NCBI GenBank assembly: GCA_963693365.1
Contig: CAVNZM010000001.1
Location: forward strand, 2,558,907-2,622,906
Length of the DNA stretch: 64,000 bases
Source of the DNA: Amoebidium appalachense
Lineage: Eukaryota; Protista; Ichthyosporea
Direction: 5' to 3'
The notes beneath the pieces are model-generated. The model was not told the DNA's origin. It ran no database searches and worked only from the letters and a program-made list of their open reading frames with translations. Position numbers and translations under genes: made by a program. This document shows, in pieces, positions 50,776 to 64,000 of this stretch. Each line of letters opens with the position of its first letter. Position 1 is the stretch's first letter.

Positions 50776-51101
50776 CTAAATAAAATGGTAGATTCGAGGT
50801 TAGATATCTGGTTCAGAATCCTCCCCTCTCCCCCCCACCCCTCCCCCTCTCCCCACCAACCCACCCACCCACCCCTCTTTTCTCCCCTCGCTTTTCCGAT
50901 CTCTTGTCCTCTCTTTCGTCTCTCTGTGTTCTATGCCTTTTTCTAGCATCATTCCTTCCTCTTCCCACGCTTTTGTCCACTACTCTAGCTCTCACTTATT
51001 CACTCTATCTCCAGAATGTTCATCGATGTCACCACGCTGCAGTGCTCGCTTTTCGTTGGGCACTTTATTTTTATAGTCCTTCGTTTTTAGCCACCCCGGC
51101 A

Positions 51102-51137
<36 letters not shown>

Positions 51138-51543
51138 GACGCATGCTGGCCATGCGTACGTGAATAAAGATGCGGCTTGGTTTAGACATACCTCTGGATA
51201 AACGTCAATACTTACGTAGTTACGTTATACTTCCGTACTGCTGTGCTGGGGGATCACTGGAGACACCACACTGAGCCTAGCACCCAACAACAAGAATATT
51301 GACCAAGGCCTATCTAGGAGGCCTTGATATTGACGGTAATGGCGGCAGGGAGCTCTGGCCCCCGGCCTGGGTGGAAATATGTGTATACATACTTGTGTGT
51401 GCGCGGCCAAGGGGGGAGGGAGGGGAGGGGGCATACCGCCACAAATGCACGTCGGCACATGTACACGAGTATGCAATGGCCTGTGCTGAGATGCTTGTTC
51501 ACTTGTATGCAGTTGAGCTAATTTAACATGTTCAAAGTGGGAG

Positions 51544-51582
<39 letters not shown>

Positions 51583-51614
51583 AAATGGATTTTATTTCGA
51601 TCGGGGCAATTTGG

Positions 51615-51695
51615 GAAGTGACGTCATATAGCGCAATCATCGCGATGACGTAGATGAGCCACTTAGTCTTTTGGTCATCCCCTTATGACGTCAGA
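51615..51695 (+). promoter_or_regulatory. CRE/ATF-type motif cluster upstream of ATG4
   Basis: TGACGTCA at 51619-51626 and 51686-51693 and TGACGTA at 51646-51652, all within 75 bp. Confidence 0.5.
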
Positions 51696-52340
51696 ACTTA
51701 ACTGCTATCACCGCTGACTGTTGTTATGAGGGTAAACCGTGGAGATTACTTTAGACTAACTGCCCATTTCTTGAGCCTCGGCAGACTCATGAAGCACTGT
51801 GCTAGGCCGGTCATTTCAAAGTTTTTGTTTGTGTAAAGCATAGCTTCGTAGCCTATTAGATGTAGTCTAAGTTCAAAAAGTTCTTTTTATACCAGTAAGT
51901 TTTAGAAAGTCTTCTTAGTAATGAGAGAGTAGTTGTCGTGTGGCTGGGTGCAAGCCAAGAAAGTTCTTGGAGAAGATTGTGTAGGGAGAGGACCCCTGCA
52001 TTGACAAGTAATCTTAACCTGCGAGTGCAATCTGGTGGCTCTACAGGTTGACGAAGGGTTGCTAAAAGGCCTTGTGAGGGCTGAAGAAGATCCATTTATA
52101 ACCTCTCGCCTCTATATTTGTTAAAAGCCACTTCGCCTTGGTTCGTTTAGAGCTTCCCGTAAGTGTGCACACAGAAAAATAAGAGACACGGCCCTGATTA
52201 CTTTCAGCTTTTTTAAGGGCAGACAACACAGACTGCTGCATGAACTGTATGGTCCATACACTTAGTACAGGCTTTGTCTTGCGCACCGGCCTGCTTTCAA
52301 TGTTGTCGTGCTAGCTTTAGGGGCAGTGCCGTGCAGCCAC

Positions 52341-53073
52341 ATGCAGGGCAGTCAAATACGCCGCCTTGCCCAGTCGGTCTGGGATGTGGCTGTGGGCTCA
52401 CTGCAACCCTCCCCCCCGGTAGGTGTCAACGCCCCCATTGCTTTCTCTCTATGACTCCTTGTTATTTTGGCACATGAACGTGTATGTGAGCGTCCGGGCC
52501 GGCTGCATGTGCACAGCTTCACAGGTGCGCGTAAACACGTACAGACACAGAGAGAGAGAGAAATGTGTACACACACATATAAACACTCAGTGTACACAAG
52601 CACACACACACGCTTACACACACAAGCACGTAATACACATACAACTCTCACATGTTTACTCGCATTTGGGTACTCCTTTTTTGCTTTTTGTGTTTTCTCC
52701 TATACCTTTCCCTGGCTGCCTTCTTGTTCCCCCGACTTTGCTAGCCCACCTTTCACCAAGCCAGAAAGTGCGGTGTGGTCCGTTCGCTTTAAGCTTCTTC
52801 TAGCCTAATGTCTGCATCTATCATCAAGCCATTATTTTCGGAGTCGAGGGACACATCCTTGGTGCATTTTGCAAATTTTTACACATTAGTTCTTCGGAAA
52901 CTAACACCGAATATAGGCATCAGAAAGTGGCGAGGCGAAAGGGACTAATTGGGTCTTAGGAGTGGCCACTTTCCCTCTTTTCCTCTGCTTATTCTTTTTT
53001 TTGATTTTTACTTGTTTGTGCTTTCTACACTCTGAGTGCTGCGCAGATGTGGCCCTATCTTCCAATTCGTGCG

Positions 53074-53108
<35 letters not shown>

Positions 53109-53119
53109 GTGGTGGTGGT

Positions 53120-53153
<34 letters not shown>

Positions 53154-55013
53154 AAGGGGAGGGGCTGCTGGGAGCAGGCTTTGGCGTTTAAAGGGACCGA
53201 GAAAGAGGTTGGGAGGGAGCGACAGGAAAATAGGCTTCCCCCTCCCCCCCCAAAAAAAAAACTCAATTCTTCTCTGTGACAGCAGAAAATGGGGGCTGAC
53301 GTCATCTGGCTTCTAGGGCAGCCTTATCTGCTCTCTGAAGGTGGGCCATGTAGATTTCATGATGTGGTGTGGGTCTAAGTGCCTGTGTGGCTTGGATGCT
53401 ACATACATCTTTAAATAGCATGCATGAAGGGTGGGTGTTAAGAAGGGTGTGCAGTGTGCAGTAGAGATGTTGGTTGTGGAAAGAAAGATAAAAAAGGCAC
53501 AATGATTGCATACGTGCAGGGACAGTTACACGTACGTGTGTTCACAAGAGAGTTGATGCACACACGGCACGTTCACACACACACACAGACACACACACAC
53601 ACACATATACATTTGACAACCAAGAGAAGAAGATGATGAAGAGGAAGAGGAAGAGGAAGAAGAAAGAATGAACAAAGCAAAAGGGTGTAGGAGGATGTAG
53701 GCACAGGTTTCCAAACAGCTCCTGGTCTTACTCTGTGGCATTATTGCATTTGTATCACCCCTGTCTGTGGTGCTTCAACCTAACATGCCTCTGTCCTAAA
53801 CCGCAGACCGTGCAAGGTTTCTGGACGACTTTCAAAGCCGCATCTGGTGTACATATCGCACTGGATACGCACCAATAGGTGGGTGCCGAATGTCTTTTTC
53901 CTTTACCTTGAATCCCTATGTTCTCGGTGGAAGGGGCATGGGTTCCTTGTGTTTTAGACATCTATGGAAAGTGCGGGGAGGAAAGGTGTTCCTCTGGGGA
54001 TGGATGGGTGGGTTTGTGTGTGTGTGTGTGGGGGGGGGGGGAACAAATGAGGAAAGACAGAAAGGGAAAGGGGAGGGGGTAGGGGTTGTGGTGGGCTGCT
54101 TGTAGCAGGGTGACACACATGATGTTTGTGTGGTGGTGGTGGCGGTGGTTTGTTTTGTTTTTTTTTTTGTTTGTTTGTTTTTTTTTTTTGGGGGGGGGGG
54201 GGGGGGAGGGGGGGATTGGTTTTAAAGTACACATGTACATTTTCTTCTCGTGATAATGTCATATACTTATTTCCATTGTGATGTAGCCATATGCATGACT
54301 GGGGACTTTCTAAGGCAGGACCTACTTCGTGACCACACATATGCACCTGTTAATCTCCAGAGGAGTGTGTGTGTGCGTGTGTGGGTGGGTGGGTGGGGGG
54401 GGGGGGGGGGGGGGGGGAGGGGGGTAATAAGAACAGACACACAACACAAGATGTACCTCTGGAGACGGCATTTTCAAAAAGGAAAACGTGGGGTTGGATT
54501 ATACTTTGGGGGGGATGGGGGGGGGGGGGGGGGGGAGGGGGGGGGCAAGATTTACCTTTTACCGGACGATGTTTTTGGAATAGGAAGGGGGGGGGATTGG
54601 GGGGGTTAGAATCCATTGTGGAGTACGAAATACACATTTATGACGGAGGACACCATACAGATTGCAAAGCGCACGTTTGGGGGGGGAGGGGTGGATTGTA
54701 TGGAGGGAGGACATTGACACTGTGTGCAGGGGGCAGTGTGTACACGGCCGACACCGGGTGGGGCTGCATGCTGCGCTGTGGCCAGATGGTGCTGGCTCAG
54801 GCTCTGGTCATGAGGTTCCTGGGCAGACGTACGTGCAACATGGTTTTTTTTTTGTTGTTGTTATTTTTTTTTAAGGGGGACTAGGAGTGATGGGATTTTT
54901 TTAGTCGTGGTGGTGGTGATTGTTAATGATAAGTGTGTGTTCGTTTTTCTTTTGTCTTCTCTGTCTGCCAACAGCCGGGGGAGGGACAGGGGGGGAGGAG
55001 GGGGGAAGGGGAA

Positions 55014-55046
<33 letters not shown>

Positions 55047-55225
55047 GAAAGCTTGCTGGTGGTAGGCGACACACTGCATAGCTGGAATCATTACATCTAT
55101 CCTGTTTTTTTTTGACAATCGTTTTGACTCTTCCTTGAAACCACCCCCCCCCCCCCCCCCCCCCCCCCTTCTCATCCACTCAAACATTCAACTTTTGTGT
55201 GGATTTCCTCTGTAATGATGGCTGG

Positions 55226-55292
<67 letters not shown>

Positions 55293-55301
55293 TCTCTCTC
55301 G

Positions 55302-55382
<81 letters not shown>

Positions 55383-56820
55383 CCCTCCCTCCCTCCCTCC
55401 CTCCCTCCCTCCTCCTCTCTCTCTGTCACATTTCCCTTCTCCCCTTCCCATGACCCGTGCTATTAAGTCTCAACCTTTCCCCCTTGGTTCTTCTTCTTCT
55501 CTTTTTTATTTTTTTTCCTTATTTCTCGTTCATGTTATTCTTCTTAGCGCATGTGTTAGTGATAAGTCGACCGGTGATCTGAGCCACTTTTGTGGCTCAA
55601 ATGACCTGATTGCGCGATCCTTATAAGTGGTAGTAAAAAACAAAACCCACAAAACAAACTACACAATGCCGTTGTTGACATCCTAACGGTCACGTAGACA
55701 CCAAGAAACCGAAGTTTCGTCTCTGATGACTGCTTCATACTGCGCTGCGAACTTGAGGCTTCAAGCGAAAAACTCGATTTTCTGGACAAATTTTAGGCCA
55801 TGTGCCAAATATCGTCTCCCCACGATGTGCTACACCGTATATTAATTAGTAGCAAACAAAGAATATAGCCTTGGCATGCTAGTGACAAAATTTCAAGGCT
55901 TTTTGTTGTTTTTTCATCGAGTTCACTATGTAGCGTTTTCAAGGTGTTCATCCTCTTTCGGCGGAATCCGGGCCGAATTCGATCTGCAAAACTGCCGGTT
56001 GCATAGAATGCGAAAAAACCACGATACTCCTTGTTGTTTGGCAAGCGCTAGCACCCACTTTTACTATACCAATCACCTTGGTCCAGAGACCAAAAAGGCA
56101 GGAAACTTCAGCAGCTAATTGGGCATACCAAGAAAGCGCGCGCGACTCTCGACCACTAAGCTCTAGGGGTGGTCGACCGTAACTAGCCACTTTTGTGGCT
56201 GTTTCGACAGAAATGAGCCACTTATGTGGCTCGCGGTCGACTTATCATTAGTGTGTGTGTCCGTGTGTGTGTGTGTGTTTGGAGGGGAGTTTCCGCTAAT
56301 GATTTTGTATACATGGCGTCCTGCTATACCTTATCTGTCCTGGCGTGCCTACGGCCTCATGATTTGTGCTGCAGGATGGAGGTTTGACCCGCACAAGAAG
56401 CAGGAGCAGGACACAGACGCGATATACTACGAGGTGGGTGAAGCTTTTTGCGATCCCTGCGCCCCCCCCCCTCCCCCCCCCCCCCCCCCCCCCCCTCCCC
56501 TTTCCATCCCGTTTCCTCTCATCCCCCTCAGCGGTTGTGTGGCTTGCTGGTGTATATGAGGTGGTATAGTTGCTTTCTGGTGCTCTTGGGTGTTTGCTGG
56601 TAGGGAGGGAAGGAGATTTTGGGGGGAGGGGGAGGTGGGGATGGGGGGGGAGGGGGGGGGAGGAGGAGGGGAGAGTGTGGTGGCATATTGGGATGGGGGG
56701 AGGGGGGGGGGGGGGGGCTTTTCGGTGACTGGAGTTGGGTTTGGAAAGGAGAGGGGGGAGGGTGGGGGTTTAAGGAAGCATAGGTTTGTGTGTGTGTGGG
56801 CGGGGGTGGGTGGAGGGGGT

Positions 56821-56857
<37 letters not shown>

Positions 56858-57711
56858 GGGAGGGGCAGGGTATAAATGCTAACAGGTGTGCCGGTGTGTG
56901 CTCGCAGATAGTGGGGTGGTTTGTGGACCAGGCAGCCCGGCCGTACTCCATCCACCGCATAGCCCTGGAGGGCATGGCCCTGGACAAGCAGGTCGGCCAG
57001 TGGTTTGGCCCCGCAACAATAGCCCAGGTCATAAAGTATGTATCTACCCCCCCCCCACACACACACACACACACACCTTCCACCCCCACCCCCCCCAACC
57101 CCCCCCCCACCTTCGTCCCTCCCCTCCTCCCCTGCGCATACTCTTTGTCTCTGCTCTTGTATGCTCACACCCGACCCCCCCCCTCATCCTCCCCTGATGA
57201 TTCTCGTTGTATGCTCTTTGTTTCACTACCCCCCCCCCCCCCCCCCCCCCCCCCGCTCCTCTTCCCCCGTCAATGTGTGTGTTCTATTTCTTCCCCCTCC
57301 CCCCCCCCCCCCCCAAAAAAAAAAAAATCTGATGTGTTTTTCGTTTTGAATGTGTCGTCAACTACAAAGCACTCTGAACCAAACAACCCCCCCCCCCCCC
57401 CCCCCCCCACCCCACCCCCCTGTATTGCTTTTCTCACGGAGGGCATAATCTTCACTGTGTTCTGTTTCTCCCAATCCGTACTTCTTGGCCATGGTCACAC
57501 ACGCACTGCGGTTGTTGTCTCTAGTAAAGACCACACTCCCTTGTCAACAAGACAGTCTCAATGGTGTAATGTCCGCACACACTCGTGTGTTTTCTTCTTC
57601 CCTTCGCTTTCCCCTGCCTCCCTTGTCTTGTCTTTCCCCTTGCCGACGCATGAATAGATAGAAAGTCAAGGGTGTGTGGGTCCGCACTAGGGGATGCTCG
57701 AGGATGCGTCT

Positions 57712-57742
<31 letters not shown>

Positions 57743-58316
57743 GGAGGGGGGATGCACTCGCATTTCGAAATCTAACGATAAATATGGCTGGAACAGGAAT
57801 CTGGAGCTTTGAGGAGGAATATTGGAGGGGAACGGGTTTTTTTTTTAACCTTTAACTGTGACCCACTGACATGTGTTTGTTATGTTGCGCAGGCGGCTGA
57901 GTGGGGGCATTGGCTCCGACAGCCATCAGCACAGCATAGCCACACACATAGCAATGGACGGGGTGGTCTATGTGGACCAGCTGCACCAGTGTGTCAGGGA
58001 CTTCAAGGTGTGTGTGTGTGTGTGTTTTTGGGGGGGGGGGAGGGGGGAAGGCAGGGGTGGCAGGGGGGAGAGAAGGGAAAGGGAGATGGGTGTAAAGATG
58101 GGGACGTGGGTGAGATAAGGGAGGGGGGGGGGAGGGGGGGGGGGGGGATGGCTGACAAAGTGTATGTGAAAGTCTGAATAAACAGTGGAAGAACATGTGG
58201 GGTTGGATTGGGAGTGTTACGGTTTCTTGAGATTCAATTGTTGGGGTTTCGGACTTGGGGTATTTATTGGTGAGGTGCTGTGTGGGTGGATGAGCGAGTG
58301 CGGATAAGTGTGCAGA

Positions 58317-58354
<38 letters not shown>

Positions 58355-58500
58355 AGGAGCTTGAATGCGGTTATTGGGCCTTTTGGGAAGCATGGGCTTA
58401 GGAGGGGATGGATGCAGGGGGGTGGTTGTGTGGGTGTTCGGGTGTAGGTGTGTGTGTGTGTATGTGTGTATGTGTGCGTGCTTGGGTGGGTTGTGGGGGG

Positions 58501-58553
<53 letters not shown>

Positions 58554-58692
58554 GTGAGAAGAGCTTCTGGGTACGTTTCGGTGCTGTCTGTGTATGTTGA
58601 TGCGTGTGTGTTTGTGTGTTGTATCTGCTTGGAATCTGTGTGTGATGGTGGAGGTTTGTGTGTGTGTGCGCCTGTGTGCCATTTTGTGTGCG

Positions 58693-58753
<61 letters not shown>

Positions 58754-58758
58754 CGCGC

Positions 58759-58796
<38 letters not shown>

Positions 58797-59449
58797 TGGT
58801 GGTGGTGGTGGTGGTGTGTGTGTTTGGGGGGGGGGGGGGGGGGGGGGGGAGCACTTGCAAGTGCATTTTTTTATTTGGGTTTGTGTGGCGCATAGCAAGG
58901 TGACAGGCAGGAGCAGCATTTAAATGAATACTCTGCTTTTAAAATCAATTATAAAAGAATGAATTAAATCAAATAATACTCTAATTTTAGCACCATGGCC
59001 GGCATTATGATCCCGTCTATATCGACGACCCTCACTCTGGTGTTATTCAATATAGGTTGATCATGATTGCCATTTTTGGTTAATTGAAATAAAAGAAATG
59101 GTGCTCTGCTTGGTTTTTCCCCCAATAAATGTTGATTCAATTATCACATGTAGCTAATAGATTCAGAGCTCTGGCAATCGGCCGTTCTTCAAGTTAGGTT
59201 TAAGTCATTTAGGTCGGATAGCCTTAAATGGTTACCAGGGTTGGCTCCCCACCAATCACACCACTGTGCAGGAGCAAGTGAGGCAAGCACACAGCCAATC
59301 ACCGCAGTCTGCAGTTGATGGGGAGGACGCAGAGGGGATGGAAGCCAAGGAGTGGGATGATCTATTGCTAATGGTGCCATTGAGACTGGGGTTAGACACC
59401 ATCCAGGCATCGTATGTCAGCCAGCTAAAGGTGGGTGTCTTGTGTGTGT

Positions 59450-59546
<97 letters not shown>

Positions 59547-59752
59547 GGGGGGAATGCATGTGCGGTCACGCAGCACAAAGACAGACAAGAAGGCAAAAGA
59601 CACAAATGGGGCATGTCTTTTTGAAAAGGTGTGTGTGTGGCTGTGTGTGTGGATGTGTGTGTGTTGCGATGGGGTTGGGGGGAGGGGGGAGGAGGAGGTT
59701 TGTGGTTGAAAGAATGGGTAGGTGGGTGGGTGGGTGGGGGTAGGGGTGGATG

Positions 59753-59807
<55 letters not shown>

Positions 59808-60023
59808 GTGTGTGTGTGGTGACTGGGGTGGCGATTGTGGTGGTTTGTTTTTTTGTTGGTTTTTTGTTTTTGAAGAAGGGGGGGGGGGGGGGGGGGATGG
59901 GCGGGGAGGGGGGAGGGGGGGGGGGGGGGGGGGGGAGAGAGACCAAGAGTCGGTGTGTGGGTGGTTGTCCGCGGTGAGTAAGTGGGCATGCTTGTGTTGG
60001 CTTCTGAAGTTTTTTTTTCTTTT

Positions 60024-60054
<31 letters not shown>

Positions 60055-60355
60055 GGGGGGTTGATTAGGTGGGAGTGAGGGATAGTTAACTCCTCTCCCC
60101 GGTCCCTGTTGCATTGAGCCTTCACCCCTGACTGTGTGTCTCCACCCCACAGGACATGTTCACGCTGCCGTTTACTTTGGGCATAGTGGGTGGCAGGCCA
60201 AACTCGGCTTACTACTTCGTGGGCTGGCACGGTGTGTGTTCCTTCTCACCCTGTCCTTGTCTCCCCCGCCCTGCCCCACCCTCCCCCCCCCCCAAAAAAA
60301 AAAAAAAAAAAAAAAAGAGAAAGAAAGAAAACAGATCCAAAAAAAAATAATGATG

Positions 60356-60425
<70 letters not shown>

Positions 60426-60435
60426 CACCAAAACA

Positions 60436-60504
<69 letters not shown>

Positions 60505-62117
60505 GAGAGGGGGGGGGAAGGGGGGAGGGAGGCAGGGAGGGGAGGGGAGAGAGAGAGATTTTTGGAACGCCCGGGGGGAGGTGGGGGGGGGGGTTCATTA
60601 GGAAAGGCATTTAAAAGTGCTATTTGCACTAGGGCTGGTTGGTGTGGGCATGCCATTTCATGTGTATTGCAGCTGAAAAACATAAATAGACATAAATGAG
60701 GACAGAACATGAAGAGAGTGAAACGATGCTGGTAAGGCTGACTGGCCAAAAGGTCTGAAAACTGGCTCAAAGAGGAGATGAAAGGAGGAGGAGGGGGAGG
60801 GAGGAAGGGGCGGGGGGGGGGGGGGGGGGGGGGGGGGGATGGGTCACGATAATGATTGACGTCAACGAGTTAGTGAGAGGGTTGAGCAAGTAAGACTGTG
60901 CTGGGTGTGGTCGTGCAATGGCCTATGGTGTGTGTGCTGATTGCTGATTGGTGGGTTGTCATGCTTGCAGGCAACAATGTGCTCTATCTGGACCCCCACA
61001 CCACCCAGCCAATAGTCGTGCCTGCTGACGACGGCTACTTCCCTACCACCGTATGTCTACCTACCTTTACCCTTCGTTCCTACACTATCACCCACACACA
61101 TATGCAAGCACGCACGCACACACACACACACACACACGGCACATACACACACACACACACACACACGGCACACGCAACCACGGTGTTGCCCCCTCCCCCC
61201 CCCCCCCTCCCACAGATCTCTTGCAACCCACCTCAGTTCTCACGTGCCCCTTTGCCTTTAAAAGTTTCTTGTTTTTCACACCTCTTGTTTGTTCTCGTGT
61301 GTCATTTGCCCGTTTTTGTGTGTTGCCCCTACCAACCAACCCACCTATTTTCAAAATCTTTTCAAATTTCTCATCATTAATCCCTTTAGATGTACACCTT
61401 ACGACACCATGCTACCCCCCCCCCCTTTCCTACCGCCCCCCACCCCACCCACTTACCCACCCACCCACCTACACTCTGCTTGTTACGCGGCCGGTTCACG
61501 TGTGTTTGGTACTCGGCATTTTGTTGTCCGTTATAATTGTACGGCGTACTCTGGCACATTTCAAAGCCCGCCCCCCTCCCCCCCCCCCCCCCCCCCCCCC
61601 CTCCCCTCCCCCTCGGGGCACCCCACCCCACCCTACCCCACCCACCCTTCCCCCTTCCAGCCCATGCACCCCTGCCTAACCGTCCCTATCTGCTTGGTTA
61701 CCACTGTATTATTCATTCCCTTACACCCTTATTTCCAACGACTTTCTTCTCCAAATCACACTCTGTCTCCCTCTTTCCAACCGCTCCCCCCCCCCCCCCC
61801 CCCCCTCCCTCCCTTCGGAGGCTCTGCTTATCATGCATATTCGTGGTATGCTTTGCGAGATTCACTTTTTGTTGTCCATCATGAATATCATACTCAGTAG
61901 CACATCCCCCTCCCCCCCTTGGATAGTCCTACCACTGCCAGTCAGTCAGCTCCATTGGGTTTGAGTCAGTGGATCCCTCTCTTGCCCTGGCCTTCTACCT
62001 GGGCTCGGAGGAGCAAAGGAACGAGTTCTGCAAACACTTCACTGAGGTAATGCTGTGCTCTCTCTGCACATACCATACGTAGTTTGGGGGTGTATATGGA
62101 GTGAGAAAGAGAGAGAG

Positions 62118-62184
<67 letters not shown>

Positions 62185-62853
62185 TATTGTTTTTTTTGGT
62201 TTGTTTTGTTTTGTTTTCTTTTCTTTTTTTTTTTCTTTCTTTTCTTTTTTTTTTTTTTTTTGTTTGTTTGGGGGGGGGGGGGGGGGGGGGGGGGGATGGG
62301 TGAAAAGGGGGAGAAGGGGGGGGGTTAACGGTCCGTGTGTGCGTGTACAGTGGCAAGTGCGTGTACAAGGAGCCGTGTGTGTATTTGAGCACGTGCTGGT
62401 GTGCGTATGTGCCTGTGCATATGCCTGTGTGTGTATGTGCCTGTGCATATGCCTGTGTGTGTATGTGCCTGTGCATATGCCTGTGTGTGTATGTGCCTGT
62501 GCATATGCCTGTGTGCGTACGCAAGTCAAAGCTGGAGCACTGTGGATGACATAGGGCCTTCCTGAAGATGTGCTCTGGTTCAATTAATGCAAACTCATAA
62601 ATTTGGAGGTGTGCTTGCAATCTGCATTGTGTTGCCCGTGTAAACCTGTGCGCTCTGTAATGCATTATATCCCCCCCCCCCCCCCCCCCCCCCCCCCTTC
62701 TGAATGGGACAATTTGCTCAGCTAACACCATCTTTTTCTCTCGGCCTCTTTCGTCCCCCCCCCCCCCCTCCCCCCCCCCCCCCCCCATGTGTCTCCCTTA
62801 CCTCCACTTCTACACAGGCATGCACACCTGGATTCTTCACCCGCTGTGACTGA
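52341..62853 (+). CDS. ATG4: Autophagy cysteine protease ATG4 (peptidase C54), about 360 aa
   Basis: Exons 52341-52418, 53283-53340, 53807-53878, 54730-54828, 56375-56433, 56908-57035, 57893-58007, 59272-59430, 60153-60231, 60971-61050, 61927-62046 and 62818-62853. Motifs IWLLG, SRIWCTYR, DTGWGCMLRCGQM (catalytic Cys), PYSIHRI, GQWFGP, VPLRLG, GIVGGRPNSAYYFVG, YLDPH (catalytic Asp/His), SYHC and DPSLALAFY. The first and last exons are less certain. Confidence 0.95.
55557..56250. mobile_element. hAT-like non-autonomous element (694 bp) in an ATG4 intron
   Basis: 17-bp TIRs tagtgataagtcgaccg (55557-55573) and cggtcgacttatcatta (56234-56250), 16/17. The 8-bp flanks gcatgtgt and gtgtgtgt match 6/8. 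Three subterminal palindromes agccac-N4-gtggct. Superfamily is inferred from the TAG terminus and a possible 8-bp TSD. Confidence 0.75.
62404..62517. repeat. 28-bp minisatellite, about 4 copies
   Basis: gtatgtgcctgtgcatatgcctgtgtgt repeated in tandem. Confidence 0.9.
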
Positions 62854-62996
62854 CAGCATCGGCTCGTGCTTGCTTGCATGCTTGTGTACACTACCCCGTG
62901 ACCTTTCACCTCTCCTCGACCCTAACCCCCCAAACCCCAAGCCGGCCCTTGACCCCTTCCCCCCCCCCCCTCCTCATTACCCAACACACACACAGA

Positions 62997-63027
<31 letters not shown>

Positions 63028-63098
63028 TACACACACACACATACCCACACACACTGACACTCACAAAAGAACAAAAAGAAACACACGAACACACAAAT

Positions 63099-63183
<85 letters not shown>

Positions 63184-63688
63184 CTCAACCCATGCCTTTC
63201 CGCCTTTTATATTCCTTGCTAACCCCGTCTCCCATGGCCATATAGATCTCCCCCCCCCCCCCTTCCCCCCCTCCTCCCCCCCCCCCCCCCCCCCCCTCAA
63301 AAAAAATAAAATAATAAAATATATACGGCAATCCACACCTGAATGCAAACACGCTTATCTCATTACTGACTTTTCAGCACACACAGCTACGGGTTGGGTC
63401 CACCCCCTTGTTTACAGTCATGGAGTCCATGCCCCACTATTACCAGGTGGGTCTGTGGTGCATTGCATGCGGCCTCTCTTTCTTCCTTTTTTGCTTTCAC
63501 CTTTTGTGATTTTGGGGCTTTGCGGTGTCTTGGTTTTGGTTTGTCGTTCGACTTGACCCTCATCGTGACGGCCAGGTTATTGGTTCTGGAAGATTGCTTG
63601 AGAGGAGGAGAAGGGGGGGGGGGGTTACTGACATGAGATTTCTACAATTTGCCTTCTTTTCTCTTTTTCTCTAGAAGTGGAAGGAGCG

Positions 63689-63719
<31 letters not shown>

Positions 63720-64000
63720 GGGGGGGGGTTAGTTTGTGCTAGCTGACATACAGGTTTATACTTTATTGGGTTGACAGAGGAGGAGAGGGTGTGGTATGAG
63801 AGATAGGATAGGGTGTGGTATGCATAGTTTACACGTGGATGCATGGGGTGGGGGGCTGAGTCGAGGTGGGCGGAGTGATTAGTTTTTTTTTTTTCTTGGG
63901 GGGGGGGGGGGGGGGGGGGGGGGGAGGGGGGGGGAGGGGGGTCATTTGACAATCAGGGAGTGTTTGGGGGGGGGGGGGGGGGGAGGGGGGGCTGGTATCA

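Noticed and set aside
51856-52286. Two short minus-strand ORFs upstream of ATG4
   Set aside because: No recognisable motifs or splice context. Probably within the ATG4 5' UTR or first intron.

Overview
Eukaryotic nuclear DNA from an intron-rich genome whose introns are packed with homopolymers and microsatellites (poly-C/G, (CA)n, (GA)n). Most entries in the supplied ORF track are translations of these repeats. Splicing exons by hand with phase checks gives five conserved genes: a 5'-truncated sterol O-acyltransferase-type MBOAT (+, to 6745), a TMEM209-family nuclear-envelope protein (-, 12500-27695, about 714 aa), a large mitochondrial-type PPR protein (+, 28481-44434, about 1090 aa) sharing a divergent promoter with TMEM209, THUMPD1/Tan1 (+, 45477-50775) and ATG4 (+, about 52341-62853). 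Between the MBOAT and TMEM209 genes lie an unidentified spliced membrane-protein gene and an island of broken intronless ORFs. Introns hold at least four non-autonomous DNA transposons: two piggyBac-like TTAA MITEs of one family, one hAT-like MITE, and a 1.18-kb TIR element with a 9-bp TSD that carries a tRNA-derived fragment. The most unusual signal is intron architecture. Sense-strand C-tracts often follow 5' splice sites and G-tracts often precede branch points, while CTRAY branch points are strong, polypyrimidine tracts are weak and 3-4 introns are GC-AG. This may reflect repeat-bridged splicing, but it is a trend with counterexamples. A unicellular opisthokont source is a guess. No database search was run, so family assignments rest on recalled motifs.
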